A DNA stretch of 64,000 nt from Takakia lepidozioides. Its lineage: Eukaryota > Plantae > Bryophyta. The stretch lies in contig CM060732.1 of assembly GCA_030704615.1 (NCBI GenBank), positions 30,194,001-30,258,000 on the forward strand, read 5' to 3'. Shown piece after piece: positions 52,318-64,000 of the stretch. Numbering within the stretch: the first letter of the stretch is position 1; every line of letters starts with the position of its first letter. The notes under the pieces were generated by a model. That model saw nothing but the letters and a program-made list of their open reading frames with translations. It was not told the origin of the DNA and searched no databases. A program made the translations under genes and the position numbers.

Positions 52318-54527
52318 TCAGTAGCTTCCAGAATTGATCTTCCGACAGTTTGTGCGTATCTGTCCTTGACTACCAGTAATGACTCCGATGTTTCCCATCT
52401 TCAACATGGATGTGGCGAAGTTCCGGAAGAAAGCCTCTTCATCGTTGGCATACAAGTTGACCAGCGCGAGGCTTTCACCGGATGTGGTAAAGAGCGCCTG
52501 ATCGGAATTTAGGAGTCCTCTCCCATCTTGCAGGTTCTTGTAGTATTGGTTGTCAAAAATGAATTGGGTATCGTCGAGGCTTGTGGTCGTGTTTCCATCA
52601 CCATTCTGCGGGCACAAATGCTGGAGTTGAGAGAGATATGATTGCGGGAGGGACGGATCTGCTCGTCCAGTCCCATGGTGGTTGTACAGGCGTGCTGAGA
52701 ATTCCGTGCAGCGTGCTCTTCCAATGGTGTGTGCTCCTGTTTACGTACAGAAAGAACATCAATTTCTCTATTGATACTGGAAAGGAAAATGGAGGGAATT
52801 AAACTATGCATGGGCGCCGAAGTCGAAAAGTTTATCAAAATATGTTGCTGACTGCGCAAGTACAATGCAATAGCTCGTCCCAACGAGGCTGGAAGTCATG
52901 GTACATCACCTGGGACGTATAACTTCAACTGTGGAAAATTGGGACTACCTGCGAGCGTGACCATGTCGTGCTCAGAAAGACCCCATACACATATGGGGAG
53001 ATCACCCGTTGTCGTGATCTGTGGGAGAGCAGTGTTGGCCTTGGCTTTACTGGCAGTGGTGCCATCGCGCCTTCCCAGCTGCACCTTCCAAGTTGGGCCT
53101 CCACTCTGCCAACACCACATACTGTTGAGAGTGATCGTGCCTGCTTTCCAAAACTGTGAAGAGGATTCCAGAGTATTCTACAGTTGCCTTCGGATTCACC
53201 AATTTTACATGTACTTTGAAACTTACATGTATTCTAGATCAAAGTGTAAGCCAAAAAGATCCAATAAACCTACGACAACTCAAGATATATCACACTAAAT
53301 ATTAAGGTTTTATATGAATTTATGTATGTTATAAACAATTGCATAATATTCTTGAAATATGAAATGTATAACACAGCAGCCTGGTGGTAAGCCACTCATG
53401 TATTGGCCTGTGGGTTTGGGGCTGTTTCTAACAGTGAGGTGTTGTTAGCTCAATGTTTGTCACTGTGGGAAATTTTATAGGAATGGGTTCCTTGTGCATA
53501 TCGCAGTTTTGTGTTAGATTGCACGGTTCATTCAAAGTTGTAAACTGTGCATGCAACAACTTCTCGACTGGAGGTTAAGGGCCGAGAAGTCCACAACGCT
53601 GATCTTGTATGGAACAAGTCGCTTTCAAGAGACCGTCTGATAGTCTCTCTTAATTCTTTGTTAGCAACTGCCTCGATTACTGCACACAAAGGGCTCATAT
53701 GATGCCCATCTGGGCAATAGTATGTTGACACACGTGTTGATCCATCGTGTCTATCTTGAGCTGGGGCCGGTGTCTGGACTGCACTCTCGCTAACGTTTGC
53801 CATGGCCTAGGCGGGACGTTTTGCGATAATGATTCCTGAGCTCGGAGCTAATTCATCTTCACTTTGAAGTTTCGGTCTTATAGAAAAGGAATGAGATGAG
53901 CAAATGATGTAGAACTTATACCAAGAAAACAGAGTCACGAGCAGCGATGGCTACAATGTCAGCACATGAGACTGTCCCGCTGCATACGCTCTCGAGCTCT
54001 TCCTTAATCTGGTCCACTACATTGAACCCCCGCACAGAATTGTGGTTCCGGTCTGCTGTCTTTTCACCTGTGAACATCGGTGTGTCATCCAGCAATACTG
54101 AACCATCGCAGCCCTGTACAAGTGAATCACAGGAAATTAGGTGTAGAAATCTTTCTAGGCTGTTTGGGTCGAACCCTCTTCCTCCACATCTCGACATCGA
54201 CAAAGGAGAGTGGTCTACAAATGTCAACACAAAAGAAGAGAGTGCTCATTGAAACACTAAAACAGCGGCTCTGGTCTCTCGACGGTATACATTGACTGCA
54301 CAATCATGAAAGTGCAAGCGTAGCAACGAGGCCCCAACACGGCGCTCACGCTCCATGGCTTGACCAACCACACGCTGCACAACAGCCAGGGCATCGGGAC
54401 ATGTGTGTTCGTAGTAGGACTCCGGGCTCAGTTGCGCGTGGGCCTTCCCACAGCTCAATAGCATCATCACAACCGTGCAGGCCGTGGCCGAGTACATGGC
54501 GGTTGCCGATGCCAGTCGATGACCCAT
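52318..54527 (-). CDS. Class III secretory peroxidase. Exons 54527-54291, 54113-53922, 53105-52949, 52736-52318
   Basis: Signal peptide, [102 protein letters not shown]. Canonical three-intron layout with a 192-nt exon 2, and the frame is open throughout. Confidence 0.93.
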
Positions 54528-55189
54528 TGCCTTTGAGAAAAAAGGTATGATCAGTTACGATCCTGCATCTGAGCACTAGCTGAATAGGTACGTGGCTCCT
54601 GAATCGTTCAAATGTCAAAACTTGAACTCAGTGTCGAGAGTCGAGCTCTATCAGATTACAAGATGTAGCAAGATGTCATACATGTACGATCTAGAAGCTA
54701 CTCAAGGACGTACGTCAAGCGATTAGTCGCTCGACGGTCTAAGAAGCAATGCTATCTATGTTGTATAGTAGCCGGTGGAAACTATTCAGACCGTCTCCAA
54801 AGCTTTTCAGCTAGACGTGAATCTACTGTAGGAGGGAATCTATTTTACGAGGTTGTCAATGCCAAGTCCACATTGCCCTATCGACATGTGCTAAAAAATG
54901 AGCGGGACAGCAATATATGAAGCCAAACGTTTTATTTTTATTTTTATTTATTTATTTTTATAAACAAGGAAACACCATGGAGCAACAAACGTTTGTTTTG
55001 TTTTGTTTTGTTTGTTATGTTTTGTCACGTTGAGATGACGTCCTAGGCGGGCAAGTGATGGGTGTTACCCCATCACCTCGTGATGTAAGCCTTCGTGGCC
55101 TCCTTCATGGTTATTTTTTTCCATGATTTCTATATGAATTAAAGGGATTCCTCCCCTTTGTAGAAAAAAAAATAAAAAAAATCCAAAAC

Positions 55190-57045
55190 CGCGAGGCCCC
55201 AGCCCTGGTGCTTTGTACCATTGGAAAGCCCTCGACGAGGAGGGGTGCACGGGCTTGGTCTCATGATTTTTGGACTTGGGGTATGGGAGATGTGGAATTT
55301 CAAGTACTTTTGGTCACTGGAAATTCACGAAAAATAGCAAAGTGGGCTTCCTGGCACAATGATTGGAGCCTCGACAGGAGAGATATCAAGGGAAAGGTGG
55401 TCTCTGGTTCAAATCTGGTCGTAGGCTCTGTGAAAAAGAAATGATTAGATATGGCTTGTTTCATATATTGATGCACTTGAACCTGGATAACATTGGACAC
55501 TTGGGCCAATGGCACAGGCTACCCTAGTCAGTATGTGAAGCCAGATGTTTGTTTTGTTTTGTTTTGTTTTGTTTGTTTTGTTTTGTCACATTGAGATTGA
55601 GATGTGCCAAACCGCGGTGGACTGGTATATCCATTTTTTTAATACCAGACTACCAGACTGGTCTTGGTATGAAGGGTCCCACCCCTTTTTCATACCAGGC
55701 TGGTATAGGTATTTATACAGGTATGAGCAACTTGGGTATGAATCTGGTATGAGTAGTTGTACTTTGGGCTGTATATGAGTATGGTACTGGTATTGCCCTT
55801 TCTCTGTAGTGATACTTGGGGGGGGGGGGTGGGGGGGGGGTATGAGCACTGGTATGGTATTTCTACAGCTCACCATACATAGAAATAAATGTCATTTAGC
55901 ACATAGCTAATTTTAATCCAAGCCGTGAAACACTAGGCAAAGGTAACCCAAAGTAGCACGAAACAGCAAATGAAGTCTAAATTGCAACATGGAGCCTTGA
56001 ATTAACCAAATTGTAGTACAGGGTATAACTAGCTGCACTAACATATACTCATACCTACCTCCATTTGCCATGAACTCACTGCAATACTGGTATCGGGACC
56101 ACGCTATTCCTCCATATACCCAGACTGGTATGGTATGTGTGCGGGGAATCCTAAAGCCATATTCCCCCAGTCCGTGTATCACATGGGTACATTGGTTCTT
56201 TCACACCCGATTGGTATGTTCTTCAAATATATATATTCAAACCTGTATTCTATACCTAGGTTAAACCAAGTATACCAGTCCAACACTGGTCCCAGCCTTG
56301 GTGCTTGGTACTATTGGAAAGCCTTCCATGAGGAGGGGTGCACCGACTTGGTCTCATGATTTTTGGACTTGCGGTGTGGGGGATATGAAAATTTCAAGTA
56401 CTGTTGGTCGCTGGAAATTCGGGAAAAATACCAAAGTGGGCTCTCCTGGGACAATGGTTGGAGCATCGACGGGATATATATCAATATATGAAGTTTGTTT
56501 TGTTTTGTTTTGTCACGTAGAGATGTCCCAAACTGCGGCCCCAGCCTTGGTGCTTGGTATTGTTGGAAAGCCCTCGATGAGGAGGGGTCAGTCGTCCTCC
56601 AAAAGAGGAGAGTGAAGATGTTGCCGATCTTGAGCGATCGATAGAGGGGTGTATCCTCAATTTACCCTAGAGAAGGGGGAATCGTGTTCCATTGTAGATT
56701 ATGAGGCCAGAGAGGTCGATGTAAGAACCATATTGAAAATAAGCTTATTTGTGGAAGTGAAGCTTAGACTTGACAACAGTCCTAATATGCTTCCAGTTTC
56801 TATCAGACCTGTCGAAGTCAGGGGAGGCCAAAGAGGAGAGCTCGCCGTTGCTGCCAGAGGTGGGGAATTTTGGACTTGTGGTGTGGGAGATGTGAAATTT
56901 CAAGTACTTTTTGGTTCGCTGAAAATTCACAAAAAATAGCAAAGTGGGCTTCCTGGAACAATGACTGGAGCCTCGACGGGAGAGATATCAAGGGAAAGGT
57001 CTCCGATTGAAATCTGGTTGTAGGCTCTTTGGAAAAAAAATGCAT
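55190..57045. repeat. Interspersed repeat family in 3-4 partial local copies
   Basis: cccagcc.tggtgctt.gta..attggaaagcc...gaggaggggt near 55198, 56291 and 56539. ttttggactt...tttcaagtact...aaagtgggct near 55267, 56360 and 56867. Confidence 0.8.
55615..56288. mobile_element. MITE-like insertion (probably hAT-derived) nested in the repeat above
   Basis: Left ggtggactggtata and right tataccagtccaacactg form inverted ends, with many internal ggtat/atacc motifs. It splits the host motif caaac.gcgg|.cccagcc seen intact at 56527. Confidence 0.6.
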
Positions 57046-57483
57046 TTGGACTTAGATGACAATGATTGGAGCATCAACGGGAGCCATGTCCAACATGCAT
57101 TCTACAGCAAGCAAAATGTTCAAAAGAAGAGCAGATAGGCAACACCACAAAGAACCTTAAGCCTATGTGGAGTAGGACGTTGCGCCACTGCTTTCAGTTC
57201 CTGATTCTCAACAAAGCAAAGCAGATATGGTAGAGTGGAAGACAAGTTGCCAAGTGATACTTCCCCAAACACCTGCCATTGCTTTATCAATGAAGAGACT
57301 TTCAAGCAATCACCTTAGTAGGTTCATTGCCAATGCGGGAAATTGAAAACACCATCCGCCAATTGTGCATCCCAACGATCGTGCTGTTCAAGCACACGGC
57401 CGCCATCGCTCACCCTCAGAAAAAACATAAGCACGAGTATCATGCAGATTCAGGGTATGGAGGCGATTAGTTATCTTCCCGTG

Positions 57484-58185
57484 ATTTCATCCACTCTAGA
57501 TGAAAAACTGTAGCTATATTAGGGTTTCATCCCTTTGGGTTACATCCAGTAGGGATGTCATCCACCATGGATGAAAAACCACGAATTAATATATTGGGGA
57601 TTAAGCTGAAGACCTTCAAAACGGAAAACATCCACTAGGGATGTAATCATATATAATTCATCTAGTATGGATGAAATCCATATTAGGGATTAGCATTTGC
57701 AATAATGAAACAAACCATAGAGGTAATGGTAGAATACAAATCCCTATAGATAAATGGATAGAGGAAAAGAGAGGGGGCAACAAAGGGGAAAAAAAAAATG
57801 GGGGGGGGGGGACTGACTCAGCAGCGGCTGCTCAGTCACTCCCCCCCTCCCCACATTTTTTTTTTTTCTTGATCTTTCCTTCTCTCTCCCTCCCTCCTTG
57901 GAATTGGCCAGTTTTATCAGTGTTTTTTTCCTATTTTTCCATCTACACCGGATGGACTCTAAACAGTGTTTTCACCCGCCCTATAACAATTTTTTATCCA
58001 TACCAGATGAATTACCTGGGTGGACACTAAATTACCTCTAAACTGGATGTATGATTTATTCATTCCTCTTTTATTGACTTTCATCCATACCAGATGAGTC
58101 ACCAGAGAATGAGGAATTACCTCTATAGGGGTTGACACTGGCATCCTATATATAAATTTTTCCATCCATATCGGATGAAAAATAC
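57484..58185. repeat. Cluster of ttcatcca / ggatga motifs, probably the subterminal region of a DNA transposon
   Basis: catccact, catccata, ggatgaaa and cagatga recur many times in both orientations. Confidence 0.55.
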
Positions 58186-61100
58186 ATGGGGGTACTACAG
58201 GGTACAGGGGGGCCAGTAGCAGGGAGTGCTCAGGGGCCAACACCTGGTGGGAGATCCACTACTACAACAGCAGGTCCTCAAGGACCAACACCTACAGGAG
58301 GACCAGCACCTGTCAGAGGGCAGGGTGTAGGGCCACAGATGGCGGTACCTCCAACACAGGCAAAGCTGCATTTTCCAATATATGCAGGAAAAGGGGATCC
58401 TGATGTACACATCAGCCAATTTGAGCACATGTGTATTCTAAACAATGAGAATGACGATGATGCCAAGATGAGACTGTTTCCTTGTTCACTTATCAAGAAA
58501 GCAAGTGAATGGTATGCAAGGTTTCCTGATAATCATTTCCTAACCTGGAATGGCCTTAGTACAGCATTCTGAAACAGGTTCAAGACAAACAAAACTGAGG
58601 ATGAAATGTATGGGAGTTTACAACAGTTAAGGCAAAAGAAGCATGAAACTGTTGAAGAATATATGGAGAAAATAGAGTTAATGATGAAAAAGCTGGCTGT
58701 TGTACCAGCACCAGGATTACAGAAGACCTGGTTTGTGAGTGGACTAAGACTTGAATTACAAAAGAAAGTGGATATGCTACCCCATAATACAGTGGAAGAG
58801 GCATTCGAAACAACCAATAGAATTGAGCAATTGGAAATGCTCAGGAGAGATAAAATGGATGATGAGGACACTGAAGATGAGTCAGATGAGGAAGAAGAAC
58901 AAGAGCTCAGGAGGAAAAGCAAGAAGAAGGAAAAGTTGAAGAGGGACAACTATGAGAAAAGACTGGAAGAAATCTTGAAAAAATATGCCACAGAGGCTGC
59001 AACACATTGGAGGAAGGGTTTTTGGTGTGCAAAGTGCCAAAATAAAGGCCATACCACAGCTGAATGCCACATGAAGGAGAAACACTGTGCTATCTGTAAA
59101 ATAGATGACCATTCTACTGAGAATTGTTATTACAATAGAAGGACAGCTGCAAGAGAACCTAGGCAAGTGAGGGTGCATCAAGTGCAACCCCAGCCAAGAA
59201 GAAACAATGACCAGGATCACTATGGTAGGCCTGGTGGATATAACAATGGTATGGTAGGAAGAGGTAATCCAAGAGGGAATTACCAAGGCAATCCCATAGG
59301 CAACTATCAGGATAATCCAAGGGGGAATTACCAGCCAGGGAATCAGGATTATAGAAATAATCCTAGAATAGACCAAGGGCAAGGACCCAATGGTGAAGAC
59401 CTGTGTTACTATTATAACCAGGCAGGACATCGCAAAGCAGCCTGTCCATTCTGGATCAGACACCAGAATGAGATGAGAGCTCCTGTGAATGAGAGCCCAG
59501 TAGTGGCAGCTCACATGGTTATGTTATGTTTTGTACCAGAGGTAAGTACAATGATAGATACCAGAAGCAAAGCTAAACTATTACCTCCAGTGGCTGAGGA
59601 AGAAGATGTTAATGAAGATGGCAGTGATGTGCCGGAAGATGATGAGGCATGGAGAGATGAGAAGGAACTGCACAAGGAAGTGGCTGATACCATAAGGGAA
59701 ATGCAGAAGGATACTGATATCCCTATGGTAGATTCTTCTGATTCTGAAAGAGAAGATGAAGAAGATGAAGATGAAGTGAAGCAAGAGGCTTCACAAGTGT
59801 AGGATAATGAAGGGGTTTTGGCTGAAGTAATATGCTAGTCCAAAGCTGAGATTACAATTGGGCAGCTATTGGCTGTGGCACCCCATTGTAGACACAAGCA
59901 GTATCAAGCAATCAATCAGATTACTCATGTGACAGAGAACACAGACCTGAATAGCAAGGTGACAAGCTATAATGTGAAGCCTGAAGGGCGAGAAATAGTC
60001 ATGGACTTTGATGATTCCATGCTAGTAATCCAATTGAGAACTGGAAGCACAGACTTGACTAAAATACTGATAGATGGAGGCTCAGGAGTGACAGACCAGT
60101 TAAGGCAGAAGGTTGGTCTAAGTAACATGAAACCAATCCCATTCACAATAACAATGGCAAATCAAAGGAGTGTACAACCATTAGGCTTGATAAGAGGAGT
60201 AAAGATACAGATTCAGAAGATGATCTTTAAGATCACAGTGACTGTGTTGAAAATGGATGATGTCATGGAAGCTTACTCCTTATTACTGGGTCGGTCGTGG
60301 CTGATACAGGCCAAGGTATTCCATGACTGGAATTCCCAGTTGCTGACTGTGCATGATGGGAAGCACAAGATACATGTCACCACTAAGAAATCTAGTAGGC
60401 TACCTGCTACCAGAAGACCTCAAGGAGTCAGAGAATATGACTGGAGGGGAGGACATGATGAAGAGCAAGAGGCTGCTCTGTTTGCTGCACACCCGGAGTG
60501 GGAGCAGGTTGCAGAAATGCAACTGCGAGGCCTGAGTTGCTTTAAAGATATATGTTGTGGTGCAATAACAACAACACCAATTGAGGGGGAAACAAGCAGT
60601 TACCCACCACATTTCTATAAAGAAAGAGAGGGAGAAATAAAAATCCTAGACGAACCAGCCACTGTGAGTCTACAGGATGAAGTAGTGGCTGGATGGACAA
60701 TCACAGCTGAAGAGCAGGTGAGAGAAGTGAATGTGGGAACTGAGGAGGAACTAAGAATGGTGAAAGTTGGGGCTGACTTGGAGCCAAAATTCCTTTAGGA
60801 AGCTAAGAGCCTGTTTATCAAATACAAAGATGTATTTGCTTGGAGCTATGAAGATCTGAAAGGGATACCACCTGAGATCTGCTAGCATAAGATTGAACTG
60901 GAACCAGGGTCAGTACCAATCAAACAGGCAGGTACAGGATGAATCCCAACTATGCACAGAAGGTTGGGGAGGAGATTAAGAAGTTGGCTGAGGCTAAATT
61001 CATATATAGAGTATACGACTTGGCTATCACCCATTGTAATAGTTCCCAAGAAGAATGGCAAACTGAGAGTTTGTGTGAACTATAAGAAGTTGAATGATTG

Positions 61101-63150
61101 TACAAAGAAAGATCTCTTTCCTTTGCCATTCACAGAAGTTGTACTGGACACTGTGGCAGGCCATGAGATGTAATCGTTCATGGATGGCTTCAGTGGGTGT
61201 AACCAAGTACAAGTACCTGAAGAAGACCAAGGAAAGACTGCTTTCATCACAGACTTGGGGTGCTTATGCATACAAAGTCATGTCTTTTGGACTTTGTAAT
61301 GCACCATCAATTTTCGAGAGAGTGATAAGTGAATCTTTCCATGAGTATTTGGATGATTTCATGCAAGTGTTCTTAGATGATTTCAGTGTGTACAGCTCTA
61401 AGCATGGGCACTTGCAGAAGTTGGAATTATGTTTGGCCAGATGCAGGATGAGAGGTCTCGGTCTGAATCCAGAAAAATGTACTTTCTGTGTGAACTCAGG
61501 GGTACTTCTGGGACACATTGTGTGTAAGAAAGGACTGCTTGTGGATCCTAGAAAGACTGAGGCCGTTAAAGCATCCCCACCACCAGTAAATGTTAAGGCT
61601 ATAAGGATATTCCTTGGACAAACCAGCTATCACAGAAGGTTTGTTAGACGGTATGCACAAATGGCAGCACCATTGAGCAAGCTTTTGAAGAAGGATGCAG
61701 TGTTTACATGGACAGCTGAATGTCAACAGGCATTTGAGACACTTACAATGTCAAGAACAACTACACATGTGTTGATTAACCCTCACTGGCATGTGGTATT
61801 TCATGTACACTGTGATGCCTCAGGAGAAGCATTGGGGGCTGTGTTAACCCAAAATATCACATGAAACATAGATTCACCTGTGTACTATGCTAGTAGATTG
61901 TTGAACAGTGCTGAGAGGAACTATAGTACTACTGAAAGAGAAGCTTTGGCAATGATTTATGCAGTCAAGAAATTCAGGCATTATCTACTTGGAAGGAAGT
62001 TTATGTTTTATGTGGATCACCAGGCTTTGATTTATCTGGTGAACAAGCCTTTGATAAGTGGCAGGATAACAAGATGGTTGATTATCTTGCACGAGTTGTA
62101 TAAGCTAGGACCTCATGGAGTTCTTAAACGATGTTTGTACCACCTGATTGCTGGTTGAAGGACAAGAAAACCTCGTCACCCCGGTTCTCCGTTCGGTTGG
62201 TCTGCAATAAATAGTTTTGGAAGAGGTTCATAAAGGAGTGGCTGAAGGCCATTTTGGAGAAGAGACTACCAGTAGGAAAATATTACTTGCAGGTTACTGG
62301 TGCCCTACTTTGTTCAAGGATGTACACAAGTATTGCAAGAGTTGTGATGAGTGTCAGAGGCTAGGACCTTTGCAAAGATCTAGGAAGATGACTTTGTATC
62401 TTATGATGCCAACTGAACCATTCCAGAAGTGGGGATTAGATTTTGTTGGACCAATTAATCCACCAGCCAGGAATACACAGAACAAGTATATAATCACAGC
62501 CACTGATTATACCACAAAATGGGTGGAAGCTAAGGCTCTAAGGGACAACACAACTAAGTCCACAACAAGGTTCCTATATGAGAACATTCTCACAAGATTT
62601 GGCTGTTCCTGGAATTTGTAAGTGACCAGGGAAGTTATTTCATTAATGAGACCATTAAACTATTGACTAAGGAGTTCATGATTGTGCACAAGAAAAGTAC
62701 AACCTATTACCCACAGGGCAATGGGCAGGTAGAGGCCACCAACAAAATACTATGCACTATCTTGGCTAAGATAGTCAATGCAAACAAAACAGACTGGGAT
62801 ACAAAGCTGTTGACAGCTTTGTGGTCAAACAAGACTTCATATAAAGTCACCACCAAGTATACACCATTCCAATTAGTTTATGGTATGGAAGCTTTACTTC
62901 CAGTGGAATTCTTATTACCTACCATGAGAACTGAATGGGGAAGGAGAATGGAATTGGAGGATTCAATTAAAGTAAGGAAACATGAACTATATCATGTGGA
63001 AGAGGTACGTGCTGATGCAGCAGATAACATAGATGACGAGGAAGGATCAGTTTGATGAAGGTAAGTTGAAGAGTTTTAAGACAGGTGATTTGGTACTGTG
63101 GTTGCAGAAGAAGGGAAAGATTAAAGCTTCTAAGCTTAAATCACCATGGA
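58186..63150 (+). mobile_element. Degraded Ty3/gypsy retrotransposon internal region (gag-PR-RT-RNaseH-INT); LTRs not seen
   Basis: gag DPDVHISQFE..LFPCSL..ASEWY and LRQKKHETVEEY, CCHC knuckles, protease ILIDGGSG..LLLGRSWL, RT WLSPIVIVPKKNGKLRVC and VFLDDF, RNaseH HCDASG..ERNYSTTEREALA, integrase [28 protein letters not shown]. Multiple stops and frameshifts. Confidence 0.95.
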
Positions 63151-63167
63151 AAGGGGGGCTGCTATTT

Positions 63168-63236
63168 CATGAGCCATGAGCCATGAGCGGCATGAGCCAT
63201 GAGCAGAGTCGTAAGTGTCGAAAAAAACATGAGCAT
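63168..63236. repeat. catgagc heptamer repeat marking the start of a different element that truncates the gypsy copy
   Basis: catgagccatgagccatgagcggcatgagccatgagc begins just after the integrase tail SPWKG. Confidence 0.6.
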
Positions 63237-64000
63237 GACTATTTTCCGGAAATGAGTGTCCGCGGGAATAGGGTTTAGGGTGTCACGGTCATAGGGGGAG
63301 AAGGACCTCCCGATGAAGGAGGTTCGACAATGTTTTTTAGAATTACATATTGAAAGGCAATGTTTCGCAAATGGTAGGGTGGTACTGCTCTGTACAATGG
63401 GAACCCATTTCAGCCTCCCAGCCACTTGCAAAATCCACCCACACTCCCAATCCCAAACAAAATGAGGAATGATGCATTCTGGGAACGATGGATACAGAAT
63501 AGAACAAAAAGAGGGCACAATGGGGTTTTTATTGATCCACATGAATTGCATTTGAAGCACGTCTACTGTGCTGATTGTGCAAACAAATCTTTAGCCATGT
63601 GCCTCAAGTCACGTTGTCAATGGGACTTCGACTGCTCTGAGAACTAGTTCATGAGTCATCGGGCTCCTCCAGGTAAACTGGATTGCAGCCGTTGTACCGC
63701 CCCTGTTGATGTTCACCACAATGTCGTGCCCTTCAATCATACCACCATCGAATATGGAAAGCTTCACGTTTTCGTCGTCCACACCAATGCGAATGTCCCC
63801 ATACAATGGAGAAGAGGAGCGCACTCCTTCAGGAGTATAAATCTCTCCGATGGAGTCCACCCACGTCCACTGGCAGCAGTTCCACCGCAACAGCATAGCA
63901 GTGCGCATTCTTCTGCATGGGTGCCCGTCGTAGCTGGGAAAATCGGAATCGAGGATGCGCAGGAGCCACGGACTCCTCAGACCAAGATCGTCACCCCGCT

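Overview
Nuclear DNA of a non-seed land plant, probably a moss or other bryophyte (inferred from a class-2 DYRK kinase, PLS/DYW PPR motifs and intron style). The window is rich in transposons and pseudogenes. Three genes look intact: a DREB2-type AP2/ERF transcription factor (-, about 23.5-25.4 kb), a multi-exon class-2 DYRK kinase (+, about 35.4-45.1 kb) and a four-exon class III peroxidase (-, 52.3-54.5 kb). Decayed elements include a hAT/DUF659 transposase, two pogo-like DDE transposases, a Ty3/gypsy internal region, LINE fragments, a tRNA-derived SINE and two MITEs. There are also a broken PPR-DYW editing-factor gene, orphan fragments of RPL20, GBSS, root-cap protein and kinase genes, and a local duplication (26.9-31.8 kb vs 44.1-47.7 kb) with reciprocal deletions. 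The most unusual signal is at 1.0-2.9 kb, directly behind a degenerate kinase ORF: four long imperfect inverted repeats (arms of about 50-260 bp, mutually unrelated by eye) plus a short fifth, packed head to tail. It resembles a polycistronic hairpin or small-RNA locus, possibly carried by a mobile element. Alignments were done by eye; no databases or folding programs were run.
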